Below, in pieces: positions 24,898-37,415 of a stretch of DNA of 64,000 bases. The notes beneath the pieces are model-generated. The model did no database searches. It had not been told where the DNA came from and was given only the letters and a program-made list of their open reading frames with translations. Both the position numbers and the translations under genes were made by a program. The stretch covers positions 434,001 to 498,000 of the forward strand of contig NW_026250405.1 of the NCBI RefSeq assembly GCF_024521635.1. The letters are read 5' to 3'. This stretch comes from Tricharina praecox (lineage: Eukaryota). Within the stretch, counting starts at the first letter, position 1. The number at the start of each line of letters is the position of its first letter.

Positions 24898-27858
24898 GAC
24901 GTCAAAATGGGAATTTCTTATGATGGTTCTTTCCTATTAGATTGTTGAATGGTAGTTTTCGTTATTCGCGGAGGTCATTGTCTTTTTTTTGCACGCCATT
25001 TCCGTCCTTCTCTTCTGTCTGTGGCCTTGATTCGCGTTGAGGTCTTTTTTATACCCACACCCCCAGGGGGCCGTCTTTTCTGTATATCAATGTATTCCCT
25101 CATTTTGATTCTGCTTCTTGTCAATTCCTTCTCCTTTTCAATGTAGTCCGGCTTAGCTCTTTACATGTTTAGTTATTTATTGATCCATCGATTTCGTTAT
25201 GTATCAGTATGTCAGTTTGTGTTGCTTTGCGACCACGATTTCTCAGTGCCATCCACTAGTTACCGAGGCCGAGGTGCTAAGAGTACGTACGTAGCCCGCT
25301 GTAGATTAATTTTACTATGAAGATCTTCTCGAAGATCTCTCGGGGGAGTCTTCGGACGGGGTTACATATCTAGGAGAAGCTTCAGCCAAGAAGCATAGAA
25401 GCCCACTCGCTCCTCCGCCCGTGCGTTCCGACGGCCGAAAAGATCAGCCCACCATATCTCCCCAGCGGAAGTTCCCACCCGCCGTCGGCCGCTCTAGTAA
25501 ATGATCCCCCGCAAACCCAAACTCAATCTGTGACGATTTTCCTCCCCCGGTGACGTGTCGCGCTTTCAACACGCGAGTGATATGCATGATCTGCAAACGC
25601 CAGTGCAATTGACATCCGAGTACTGTACCGTAGGCTGAGACTACGTTTTTTTCCGAGGGATGGAAAAAATAAGCCGGAGTATGTACCTACCGTCATTTCC
25701 CGCCGGTTCGCAACAATCTCCCATCCACACACCCCCTCTCCATCGACATCGTCGTCGAGTGATATATATGACCTGCTGCCTGCCTATATGCACAGCCTCC
25801 TTCCTCCCCAGGCTCCCCCCATGCCTGTCGCGTCTCTGTACCACGCGGCACATGAATGCCTTATGTCTGCAGACCGCGTTTAAACGTAGTTATTGCGTGC
25901 AGACAAACGCATGAGCGCGACGGGGGTTGGATAGCCGCATCTGCCGACGGACGGAAATATCTTCCGGAGCGGAGCGCAAACATCATACATACATACATAC
26001 ATGACGATATATACGAGTAGACATACATATGATGTAGTTGGGCTAGGGGGTATACATACATACATGATATAGCTTGTTGATAGACATAAAGCTTACGCTC
26101 GCTCGAGGGGCTGGGACTGGGGCAGGGACCCGCAGACAACGGTACTTCATACATAGTAGTTGTGGAATGTGTGGGGATCTTCACGAGCTTGACGGTTGAC
26201 CACTGAAAAAAAGAAGGAAAAAAGACGACACGGAACTCACGGACTCGGTCGTCTTGACTCGCGACGTTAGGACTTCCAATTGCGCTGTGACTGGTCACTG
26301 GACGGTGAATACCGTTGGTAGTTGACCCCACGACCGGTCACAGGGGAATGCATTCATGCCGATCGAGTTTGTGAGTTCGTACAATTACTACCTAGTAGGA
26401 GCGACTCGAGCTCGGCACTCGAAGAAGCGGTGGATCTATCTATAGCGCTGAAGGCCCGGGGCCGAAGGGACGATCACGAAAGATGTGCTGTACCACCCTT
26501 ATCTTCACTGATACTATTACATGATGACAACGAATATGTAACTGTATGTACGGCAGTGGGATTCGGCCAAGTTCGTACGTATGAGAAAAAGTGTGGGTGA
26601 CGGCTTCGATTCCTTCTCCCGCTGCCAATCCCGCCGTTTTGCACATCTTCACATGCGGCTGTCATGGCTGGCCGGGCTCTTTTATGACACGGGCCCGGAG
26701 ATGGATCCATGGAGCCGACGGGACGATCGTAGAGGTCATATTAAATCTCTATATGTACCACCATTATCTGTAGCCTTGTTGAAAACGGTTGGATTTGCGT
26801 ATGTACAATGAGATTCCTTTTTTGTACGATACATAGCGATCGAGACTCAGGAGTAGGACGAAGTCTCTCCACTGGCGCTGGAAGGACGAAAGTTGTTCTG
26901 AATCACATCCACTTTATACACACACTGTCCTCCTCCATTAGCCCGAGGAACATCGAATGCGCAAGGCAACAAATTCCACCATGGTATGTACATACGCTAC
27001 ATGCACAGCGGGCAACGAAGTCACGTTTATCCCCCCCAGCCAACCCCACTTTTTGGAACCTTTGCAAGTGTTTAACCCTTCCATTCAGTCAAGAACCCGA
27101 GTGTGGCGACCACTACTACAGGGCCATGTCCGCACCATCCCCGCCTCCAGCCCGCCAGCCCGCCAGCCCGCCCCAGCTCCTGTTTGTATCGTTTAATCCT
27201 CCAGGCTCCGAGTCCTCTCACGGATACCGAGAGCATCTGAAATTGCTCAATCCCAATCTTCGTGATAAGGTGAGCACTGCAGGTGAGCCATACGTATTGA
27301 GAGTGCGGTTTGGCTGCTTCTAATGGAAGCAGACGATGCCGATGAGAAGTGGAAACAATCATTCTTCCTTGTTGAGACGGGTCTGGGCTCTTTCTAATTC
27401 ATCTTCCCGATGGATGGATGCTTTAAGGGACTTTTGGTCAGCGATCTTCAAAGGGGCGGAGGAGAAGAGCGAGTGATGGGCTGTGATAGATATCCATAAC
27501 GACCGACAAACCTCACCCTGAGGTTATAATCATAAGTGTGGTGAGAATATTCTCCCTACAGTTTAAGACCAGAGGCGTGTGCGTTCGAGACAGTTGAAGG
27601 AATGATGCACAGTCCTGGCTTCATTGGTCCGTACATACATATCAACCATACCAGACGAGCTCGAGTCTAAGGATAATACTCAACTCGATATGCGCACGTC
27701 CATATTGGGCCATGGTTACGTCACTCGCTTTCTCACACTCCCTTCTTCGCTCTTCCTCTCTGCCTTCTCCACATCGACAGTACATTGAACAATACCATCA
27801 CTGTACAATACGGCCATCACTAGCACAGTGCACACCGTCCTCCGCTTCCACTGCCGTC

Positions 27859-29665
27859 ATGCACGACGTTTACGGAGATGCAGCTCCTCCCGCCCACCGC
27901 CACTCAATAGTGTCATTCGTTTACCAACAGCTTGAACGTCACGAGGTCGAGGGAGCCGCACTGCAGAGGTGTGCCAGTGCTCCTGGGCTCTTGGTCAAGA
28001 CAGCTCATAGGTACTTCCTTGCTCTGGAGGAGGATAAAGAAGGGCTGAATTGATGGAATCGTAGCTATGAGTTGAACAAGGGTGATGCGCTGAAGATGGA
28101 GATGAGGCATGTGATGAAGTTGGAAATCGAATTGGAGAAGGAGTTGAAGATGGATGAGTGTGAAAGAGTACAGGAGGTGAATGGCGAGGGCACGATCGCT
28201 ACTGCACATACTATAGGACGCCGTCGGTCAATTCTCCACCAACAAGCCCGCCGAGCGTTTCGTCGTCGTCACCGTCGTATCACTCGTCTAGAAACTGCAG
28301 CGGATTCCCAGCCGCCGCTGCTGTCTGCGGACCCGGCGATCACTGCTCGCCTCAAGAAGCGTCCCAGTCTGTTCCTGAGGATCTTGAACCGGGCCATGAA
28401 GGAGCAGCGATCTCAAGAGCTAGTCACTCGAGTTCCCTGGTGGCGTTTTACACGTATACGGGCTTCACGTGAGCTCGCAGGATATCATCCATCTCTGGTA
28501 TCAGAGCTTCTACGGTACTATGGTACCGACACCGTGAAGAAGCAGCTTCTCCCTACCATGGATTCCAGGGAAGATAAGCATAAGACATTTATCCACCACC
28601 CAATCAACCCCCTGATCCTATCCTCACGACATCTCAAGACGGAGCGTGAACGGAGTGTTCGGGGCAAGCTGCCGGCACAGAGCAAACGATCCTTCTTGTC
28701 GCTGCGGAGATCCCGGCTGGAAAGCGCTAGTCAGATCAGGCTCATGAACAGGCACGGTGAGAACTGGAAGCTGCTGGAGTTTGCGCAGGCAGGAGGAAAG
28801 AACGGACCCCCCATGGGGTTGGGAGGGTTGCGCTTGGCCGGTAGGTTCCCTTTCCGACTCTCAGGGCATGGCACATCTGAGACAAACGGAACGTGTTGCA
28901 GATTTCCTGCCGCCGACAACGCAGAGACGTATCACATCCAAGTACACATCCATAGAAATCCCTCCACGGATCAGCTCTCTACCCGGGCCGTACAACCAGC
29001 ACAGGCCTACCACTATGCGCCGCACATCGGTTTCCACAATCGGCTGGACCGAGAGCATAGTGGAGTTCGAAGGGGACCTCGGTTCTGTGCACGTCTCGGG
29101 GGAGAGGAAGTTATTGGATGTCGATCAGGATCTTCAGCATCAGCTTCTGCTCCCTCCTCCTCCTCCGCTGACATCTGCTGGGATCAGGCGGAGCAGCAGC
29201 TGGAGTCTCGAGGCCGCCAGTGCGCTAAATGAGATCATCACCACACATACGGTTGATTCCCACCAGGGAACGGCGTCGGCTGCGGTACTGGCGGACGATC
29301 TTTCTCCGTCCCCCGCTCGCATCGCAGCCAAGAATGTGGTCGTGAGTGGCCACTGGGAAGCGGCATTGCAGATGATGCAGGAGTTCGAAACGGATGCTCA
29401 ATCTCAGTCGAAGATCAGCACCAGCTCCTCGAAGAGACGGCGGGGCACGAGTTCACGAGCAAGGACGTGGAGCAAGAGCAGCACGAGATACGGCGCGGGG
29501 AGTACGTACGATTGCGTCAACAGATACCCCGAAGGCCATGTCGATCAGGAATTGCGCGATGTTTGTAAGATGGCAGTGATGAGTAGGAGGACGAGGAGGG
29601 CAGCTAGTGCTGGAGATATCACTTCCTTGCGTCATCCGTTAACTGCCGGGGCTTTGTTTAATTGA
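27859..29665 (+). CDS. Hypothetical protein, about 563 aa, exons 27859-28010, 28065-28840, 28902-29665
   Basis: Three consecutive long ORFs are joined in frame by a 54-nt (GTACTT...TAG) and a 61-nt (GTAGGT...CAG) intron, total 1692 nt. No recognisable domain. Confidence 0.55.
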
Positions 29666-31949
29666 TTTACATACTGGACCGACCTGGTCCGTTTGTTTGT
29701 GTGAGACTGGGGCTGAGGCCGTGTATGAGGGTATTCTTCTTTTTTCTGGTTTGTACTTGTGGGATTGTTCTACATTCCAGTTTTTTTTTCGTGTATTCCT
29801 ATGTACCAGTACTATGGACGGCGGGGATGTTGGGTGATGGACGTCGAGACGGGCGGGTTGGCTGATAGTGGCGACGGTCGTGAATGGAGTTGTTCAAGGG
29901 TAGTTGGAGAAGTTGGTGTTGATACATACTTGCCTTGCGCGCTCGCTCGCTCATCATCATCAAGTGTGACTAACTCCATACATACAGAACAAGAAAAACG
30001 GAGGCTGACGTCTGCGACTAACGTTACGCTCTGCTTACTATTCTACGGTACTCTATGTACTGGCCCCTCCCTCCGCGTTCGGCAGGAAGGTACTCCTTGC
30101 AGATATGTAGATATCTGTTTTGTGGGGTAAAAAGGGAACAGAAAAAAAACCGGGTGTTTTCCTTGCCCATGGCTCCTTGCCCATGGCTCCATGGCTCCAT
30201 GCCAGACGCGATGGGATGGTTGCGGACCCTGTCCTGCCCTGCCCTGTCCTGCCCTGTCCTGCCCTGCCCTGTTGGCCTGGACAGGACCCTGCATCATCAT
30301 GACCCATGGTCCGGGGGGTGCGCACCACTGGGGAGGGGAAGGGAAGGGAAAAATCTTGGTGCGCCCTGCCCTGCCGATCTTGGCCGAGATGGGGGAGAAA
30401 GAGATGAAGCGTGAAGATGGAGAGATGATGGGTGCAACGTTTTTTTTTCTCTCTCTCTTGCTTTCTTTCCACGCGGGGTTCTAGAGGAAGATGCGGATAT
30501 AGAAATGGAAATGGAAATGGAAATGGAGGAAATGTGATTTACTAGTAGATAGATGAGATGGGAGACTCGAGAGTCCGCTGTATCTTTCCTTTTTCGTCGT
30601 CTTTTCTTTTTCGTGTCTTTTCTTTTTCTTTTCTGGGAACTGACGATCGCTGTGGAATATCTAACTACATCTTACCTACATATCTAGACTCCTACATATG
30701 TGGAGTATACGATGGATATGTAGATGTGTATGTAGAGCAGGAGATGGCTGGATCGAAATACTTCCTGTAGACTATAAATTCATGTCTCGGACTGCCTGGT
30801 GCAAGAGAAGTGCAAGTTGAAGTGCAAGTTCAAGTCCGAGACACTCGGTGCTACTATCACCACTATCACCACCTCCACCGCCGCCCCACCACGGCGCCAC
30901 CACCGAGAGAAACAAATGAAAACACAATATCTACAACACAGCACAACACAACACAACACAACGTCAAGGGAGGCGGTGAGCGGAAGATACGATACGATAA
31001 CTACGTAGGTACTCTATGTTCTCCAGGTAGTGCATGCCCGGCTAGCTGGCAGAACAGATTGCGTATTTGCATTCCACTATGGGTACAGATACTAGTGTGT
31101 AGATACCAACCCGCGAGACTCGAGTTCATGGACGCGGTCCCGTCCCATCCCTTCCCATCCCTTGTCCTCCCTTGTCTTCCCTTGCCTTCTTCCCCGCGCG
31201 CGCGTCAGAGGCAGAGGCACGTAGAGGCAGCAATCTCCCCGTGTCCAATCTGCCCAGAGTGCCTATGACGGGTCGCATGGTCCGCAATGATCAGACCCAA
31301 GATTGCACGGAGTCTGAGCGACAGACAGCCACAGCCGGCGGCGGGGCCGGAGCCCGAGCTGGAGACGTCGCGGCCCCCATATGTAGTCCGTGGTAGGTAC
31401 TGCTATACTATACTATGTATGCTCTACTAATAGTCCGCGATGGGGTGAGGGTGACACCGTGACACTCCTATGTACTCCTAGGTGCTAGTAATGGAGTGGT
31501 GGTAGTGGTGGTTAACCCCCTCCCCTCCCCCTCTCTGGCGCATTCAGCACGAGCATCGAACCACCAGCCGCGCGTGTGACCCGCTCTCGCGCGACTATGA
31601 CTCGGGAGGGAGCCACGAAGCGGTGAGAACGGAGGGATGGAGGGATGGAGGGATGGGATCGATGCACGTCCCACGACATCGATGGATGACGATCTGTCCG
31701 TCCGTCTGCCCGTCTCTCCGTCTGCGAGTCTACGAGTCTGCCCTGTCTGCGACATTGAGGGTGCGTCAGATGTCTCTCAGATGTCTCTCTTGAGAGAGAG
31801 TGTTTGTGAGAGAGAGAGAGTGAGAGAGACGTGACCCGACCTGACCGATCACCCGCCGGCCCCCCCGCTCCCCCGGTCGCGAATATAGTATACTTAATGC
31901 ATTGACGTGCCGGTATTTCCCTCAGACGTCGGCTTTCGTCTTTCGTCGC

Positions 31950-32031
31950 TGTGGTGGTGGTGGTGGTGAGGATGGTGGTGGTGGTGGTGGTGGTGGTGGT
32001 GGTGGTGGTGGTGGTGGTGGTGGTGGTGGTG
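31950..32031 (+). repeat. (GGT)n microsatellite
   Basis: Near-perfect GGT run with one interruption. Confidence 0.9.
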
Positions 32032-35000
32032 ACGGCGGCAAGGGGAAGAACGAGGACGGTGACGGTGACGGTGACGTTGGATTCCTCAAACGGGGAGCTG
32101 GAGTACCGAAGTTAGCTAGGTAAGTAGATACGGCCTGACCACCGTGAGTCGTACCTAGAGTGCCTACCCCTCTACTCTATCATAGAGAGAGCGTGTGTGG
32201 TGTGTAGATACCGGAAACTTGTATTTGAATTTCCTTGCCCCATCGCCCTCGCCGGTCGGCGGTTGGTATCACGAGTTTCTACATAGGCAGAGATTCTCAC
32301 AATTTCGGGCACAAGGCAAGGCATGGCAAGGCATGACATGGAGTCATGGCCATCAACATCAACATCAACGATCAGGCGTCGCGTCCTTGACCCGTTGCAC
32401 CCCCTTCCCCCCCGTCTCCTCTCCCGTTCCCATCGGAGGTCCACTGTCCACAAGGCACGGTCCCTCCGCGCGCGTCTCCGGTAGAGTATGTCATGGATGG
32501 TAGTGGCGGTACACACTCCGGAAGTCGGACAAGCGTGCCCATCGTTCAGTTCAGAGTTCAGATCGCCAGACTTCCGGCGCCGAACCGCAGGGGAGGGTAT
32601 GTATGTAACACAGCGCGCGGCGCTGGGTGATTCTTGATGCCTGACGCCTTCGTACGTGTCGCACATTGACGTCTGTGAGACCGACGGAGGGACGGACGGG
32701 GATGGAGGGACGGAGGGACGGAGGGAGGGGTATGGAGGGAGGTGAGACTGGTGAGTAAGTATAGATATACTCATCTAGGCAAGTATATGTAGATACCCGG
32801 AGGATCTACATATCTGCTCCCAATGCCCATCCCTCGTGAGTCGTAGGTGGAGTAGGTATGGCCCCCGACTCCCCGGACGAGTACCTATCTCCTACCAGAG
32901 GTGGCGGCGAGGCCGAATATCAGCCTACCCACTGCCCAGTGTACCCCATTACGTCCCCCACCCTATGTAATCATAGTATAGTAGAGTACACGCAAGCTGC
33001 AACACGAGCTGCCGAACCACGGGAAGCAATCCCCAGTGCACATTGCACCTCGTACAATGCAAATCTTGATCTCGCGATCTCCCCTAATACTCACAAAAAG
33101 CAACCGTACATATCACCCATCTCATCCATATATCATACATAATTCATACATATCATCCGCGGTCGCAAGACCACATCTGGGTTCTATGCACATATCATTC
33201 ATACATATCATACATATCATATGTATACAACCACCAAATGACGGCATCATCGACGATCCCGCTTTGTATGTACTTACATACATATGCACTCTAACTACTG
33301 CCCAGAGTAGCATAGCCAGAGTAATAGGTTACATACCTATGCAGATCATCATCACGTGTGCGCCGCGTAGCTGCGCAGCATGTGCAGCCTGGCGATCCGG
33401 AACGTCGGCAAGCGTCCGGCGACCTGTGAGGCGACCTGGGCGGAGAGAGAGGGAGGGACCGCTTGCCGTCGCTTGCCGTCGCCGGTCGCCGTCGATGCGC
33501 GATGCGATGGGGGTGCCAGCCTGCCAGGAAGGGAAGGGGCGATGCCCGATGGCCCGATTGCGTTTCGTGCGGCCTCCCCATTAGGCCGATTCGATTCGAT
33601 TCGGGGTGGGACGAGGGGCGTCGGGGGATGGGGAGCCGCGGGGAGGAGCATGGGAGGGGCCTGGGGAGCAGGCGGGAGGCGGAGGCGACAGACCACTCGT
33701 CAGCCGCTGGTAGGCGGCTGGTAGGCGGTCTCTTTCGGTGAGTAGGTACCTACGCTGCTACGCACGTGCTCCGTCCCCACGATCGAGATGGTTCACACGC
33801 CCTCCGCCCCCCGCCCCCGTGCCCCCGTGCCCTCCCGCCGCGAGCAAGCTGGCTGAGGAGGCGCAAAGCAAAGCACTGGGCTCGAGGGCTCCCGCAAAGG
33901 GCTCCTCCCGCAAAGCTCCCGCAAAGGACGCCACAATTCCAATCGAAATCGACGCTCGACGCTCGACGTTCGGTCTTCGGTGTTTGGATTTGGAATACCT
34001 AGAGTAGGTACCTGGGTAATGGCAAACAACACGATGCATCGACGATGAAGATGCTGATGATGACGACGATGATGGTGAAGAAGACCCACGACCAAGAGCG
34101 CGGGCCACGAGCCACGAGCGCGGGCCAGGTCCGGGTCCGGATGGCCGAATGTGTCGTAGCTGGTAACTGGTTTCGCAACCATCGGAAATTCATACATACT
34201 GGAGGATTCAATAGTTCTCACAATGTGACCTGCCCACAAACGTCGGAAACGTCGGAAATTCGGAAGTGTCGGAAATGGCGAGCTCGGTATATCCGCCGCT
34301 GGAGCACGTGGGCAGGTACCTATCTACAAAGGTACTTCGGTATGTACCATGTGTGTGTTCGTCGCCAGTGACCACGACTCACGATGACCGCGCTCCCGTC
34401 CAGTCCGGCACATCCCGTCCATCCAGTCCGCCCCGTCCAGCCCGCCCCGTCTAGTCTAGTCCGTGGGGTACCTGGGGGGATTTGCAGTGGAGTCCCGCTG
34501 GGCTGGAGACTGGGCTGGAGACTGGACCGGGCCTCGGACGGTGGTAGCTACTATAACGGACGGTGGTAACGGAAGTAGGAAAAAAGGTAAGTCATCGGCG
34601 GGCCGGTCATGGAGTCAAGTGTATCTACGGTATGTGCCGGATGGATCATCGAGCCGCTCACCTTATCGCACTCCCCGGTCCCCCGCCCCTCTTCCGCCCC
34701 CGCCTCCAAGCTTTGCCCGGCTCCACGCTTCCACGTTTTCCCCGCCGCCTCCTCACTACTAGGTCCATAATAGTCTATGTAGGGAGCGGGAGGTAAGTTA
34801 AGTCGACAAACCAAACATCGTGCCCAACCGCGACCGCCGATTCACATGCACTACACATCTATATGTATCATATGTCTGTATGGTACATATGGTACATTCC
34901 TAACGCATAATGATAATGTGTCTCGCACTGTCGCACGGATACACCGCAGCAAATAGTCTATGTACCTACCGTACTATATTGACGGCTCGGAGCGCAAGAG

Positions 35001-37373
35001 TCAAGGGGAGGCTAGGAGCGCGTCAATCCGTACATCCGTAGGTGCTTGTTAAGAATCCGGGGGGGGGACTACTACTCCATAGTACAGTTTACGGTGATTC
35101 GGTGAATCGTTTGAGACTTAAGACTCAAGACTCAAGAGGTTGGTGTTTGGTTTGGTTTGTTTGGTTGGATGGTTTTATCAGTTGGTTAAATGACGGGATG
35201 ATTGGATGGTTGGATCATAGATGGTCGGTTGGGTTATGAATCATGATCGTATTGATTACCAATTAGCACATACTATGGTACCGGTAGTGAAGCTACATAT
35301 CGCGAGTATTTCTACACGTGAGGTGCATACATAGCCATTATCATAGGCAGGGCGGCAACTACCATAGTAGCAATCTACGTATGTACGATATGCCTCGCCT
35401 ACCCCCGCCCCCAGTGCCCCCACGGGCGGACTCGAGTCTCGACAACACTCACTTCTGGCGGGGGAGTAAGATAACATCATTTCGTCTAAGGTCTACGGTC
35501 TACGGATCTAGGTATGGAGATATGGAGATTTCTCAACCTCCTAGGTATGTACCATGGACACAGGAGGTGACCTCCCCACCCCTCCTGAAGAGAACTGCAA
35601 GACCTCTAGACCTACCTATGCTATCTAGACCCCTCCCCACAGAATTCGAGCGGCACATATGATACATAGCACTGCACGGAGGCGGGCTGTAGTACAGTAC
35701 CGTACAGTATAATACCGTACAGTACCCACGCAGAGTAGGTATGCAGGTATGCAGCACGGCTCCGGCGCGGAGTAACAACGATGACGATGGATGGATGCCT
35801 GTCGGGCCTACCTAAGTACGCATATATCACACACAGATACCTGCGTACGGAACCGTCTCGACTCTTGATCACTGGCGGGCTGGCTGGCGACGGGCTGGGT
35901 GAGTGGTGAGTGGTAAGTGGTGAGGGGTTTAAACGCTTCACTTCACTTTGAGGTTTTCTAGAACTGGGGGTTTCTGGAACGGAGGGCTTTTCGGTCCCCG
36001 GAGACTTCTAACTGGGTAGCCGGGGACTCGGGGATCTCCAAAGTGTTCTTTGTTCTGTTCTGTGACTTTTTCCGGGGTCTCAACTCTCGAGATAATGGTA
36101 CCAAGCCTCAAGGCACAGGACAGCACAGGACAGCACAGGACAGGACAGCACAGGACAGCACATCACGACACAGCACGTCTGCACGGAAGGCATAAATCTC
36201 TCCTCTTTGGGTCTACTACGTCTACTACTCTATATATTGCGAACGAGGTGGGTCTTTCAAATTCCGTCCTGCCCTGTCCTGTCCTGTCCGAGAGTGTGGT
36301 GAGTACATAGTGGAATCATTAGTTTTGTTGCCGTGCGTGCGTTAGGCGGGCGGTTGGAGCGAATATATATGTATGTAGTCGGGGGGATGAGATGTGATGT
36401 GATATCCGAGACGTGCGTAGATAGGTAGGTAGGGAAGAAGAAGAAGAACAGAGACGGGGAAGAGCTGAGGACCCTTCCGGCCGGTTAAAGGCATCCAAGG
36501 GACCAAACGCGTCTGTCAGGGTACCTAGGAAGTGCGCACCGTATCTCGGGCCGGCCCGTAGACTCGGTGAGCCATTCCAGCAGACATGCACATGTCTACG
36601 CCTCCGAATGCGGCAAAGTTGTTCCGAGCCGTGTCCCCCGACCGGTCAAGAGTAGATGTCTGGATGATTGCAGAGTCGAGGTTCTCGGCGTGGGGGGCGA
36701 GGAAGGCACGATATCGAATGGAAAGCAGAGACGCGAACGGACGTCTGTGGTAGGTCCGGCGGAAGTGAACGCATCCGTCCGTTGATAACCATGTAGAGCA
36801 CCAATGTTGCTGTGCCAAAATAAAGATGATCCGGCGGCGGCGGCATAGAGTGTGTACATGAGCATTGAGTGTGGATGGACCCTTACCTTACCCCCACCTA
36901 ACGCTTCACGGCCTGTGGGGCAGGAATGCCGAAAGTCGAGAGACCGACCTAGAGGAGAGTACTGTACTTAGGGACCAAGTACCTGACCTCTCCTTAAACG
37001 GGGTGGATGACATAATTGGTGGATGATATATTTTTATTTTTTTTATTTTAAAATTTGTGCGGACGATCAAACACTCTAGCGATCGACTCCTTCCACCACT
37101 GCGCTGCGAGCTGCGACGGACAGGAGAGCGACGGATGAATTCGCTCGCTCACTCTCGCCGTCGGGGGAGGGGGGGGAGAGAGGGAGCGCACGAGCGAGTG
37201 TGCTGTTTGTTCGCTAGCTATCGCCGTGTCCTCTTCTCCTGTTGCGTGGTTATTGCTTTTGTGGCCTCGAACGGCGAGTTGTGTGATACACAAATTGTAC
37301 GTACCGCCGTGTGCGTTGCTCTTATCTCTGGTTGGGAGGTTTGATAGCTGTTGCGCGATTGTGACCGGCCCGC

Positions 37374-37415
37374 ACACCACCACCACCACCACCACCACCA
37401 CCACCACCACCACCA
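37374..37415 (+). repeat. (CAC)n microsatellite
   Basis: About 14 tandem CAC units. Confidence 0.9.

Noticed and set aside
31902..32123. Poly-Gly ORF
   Set aside because: Translation of the (GGT)n microsatellite, with a TTG start.
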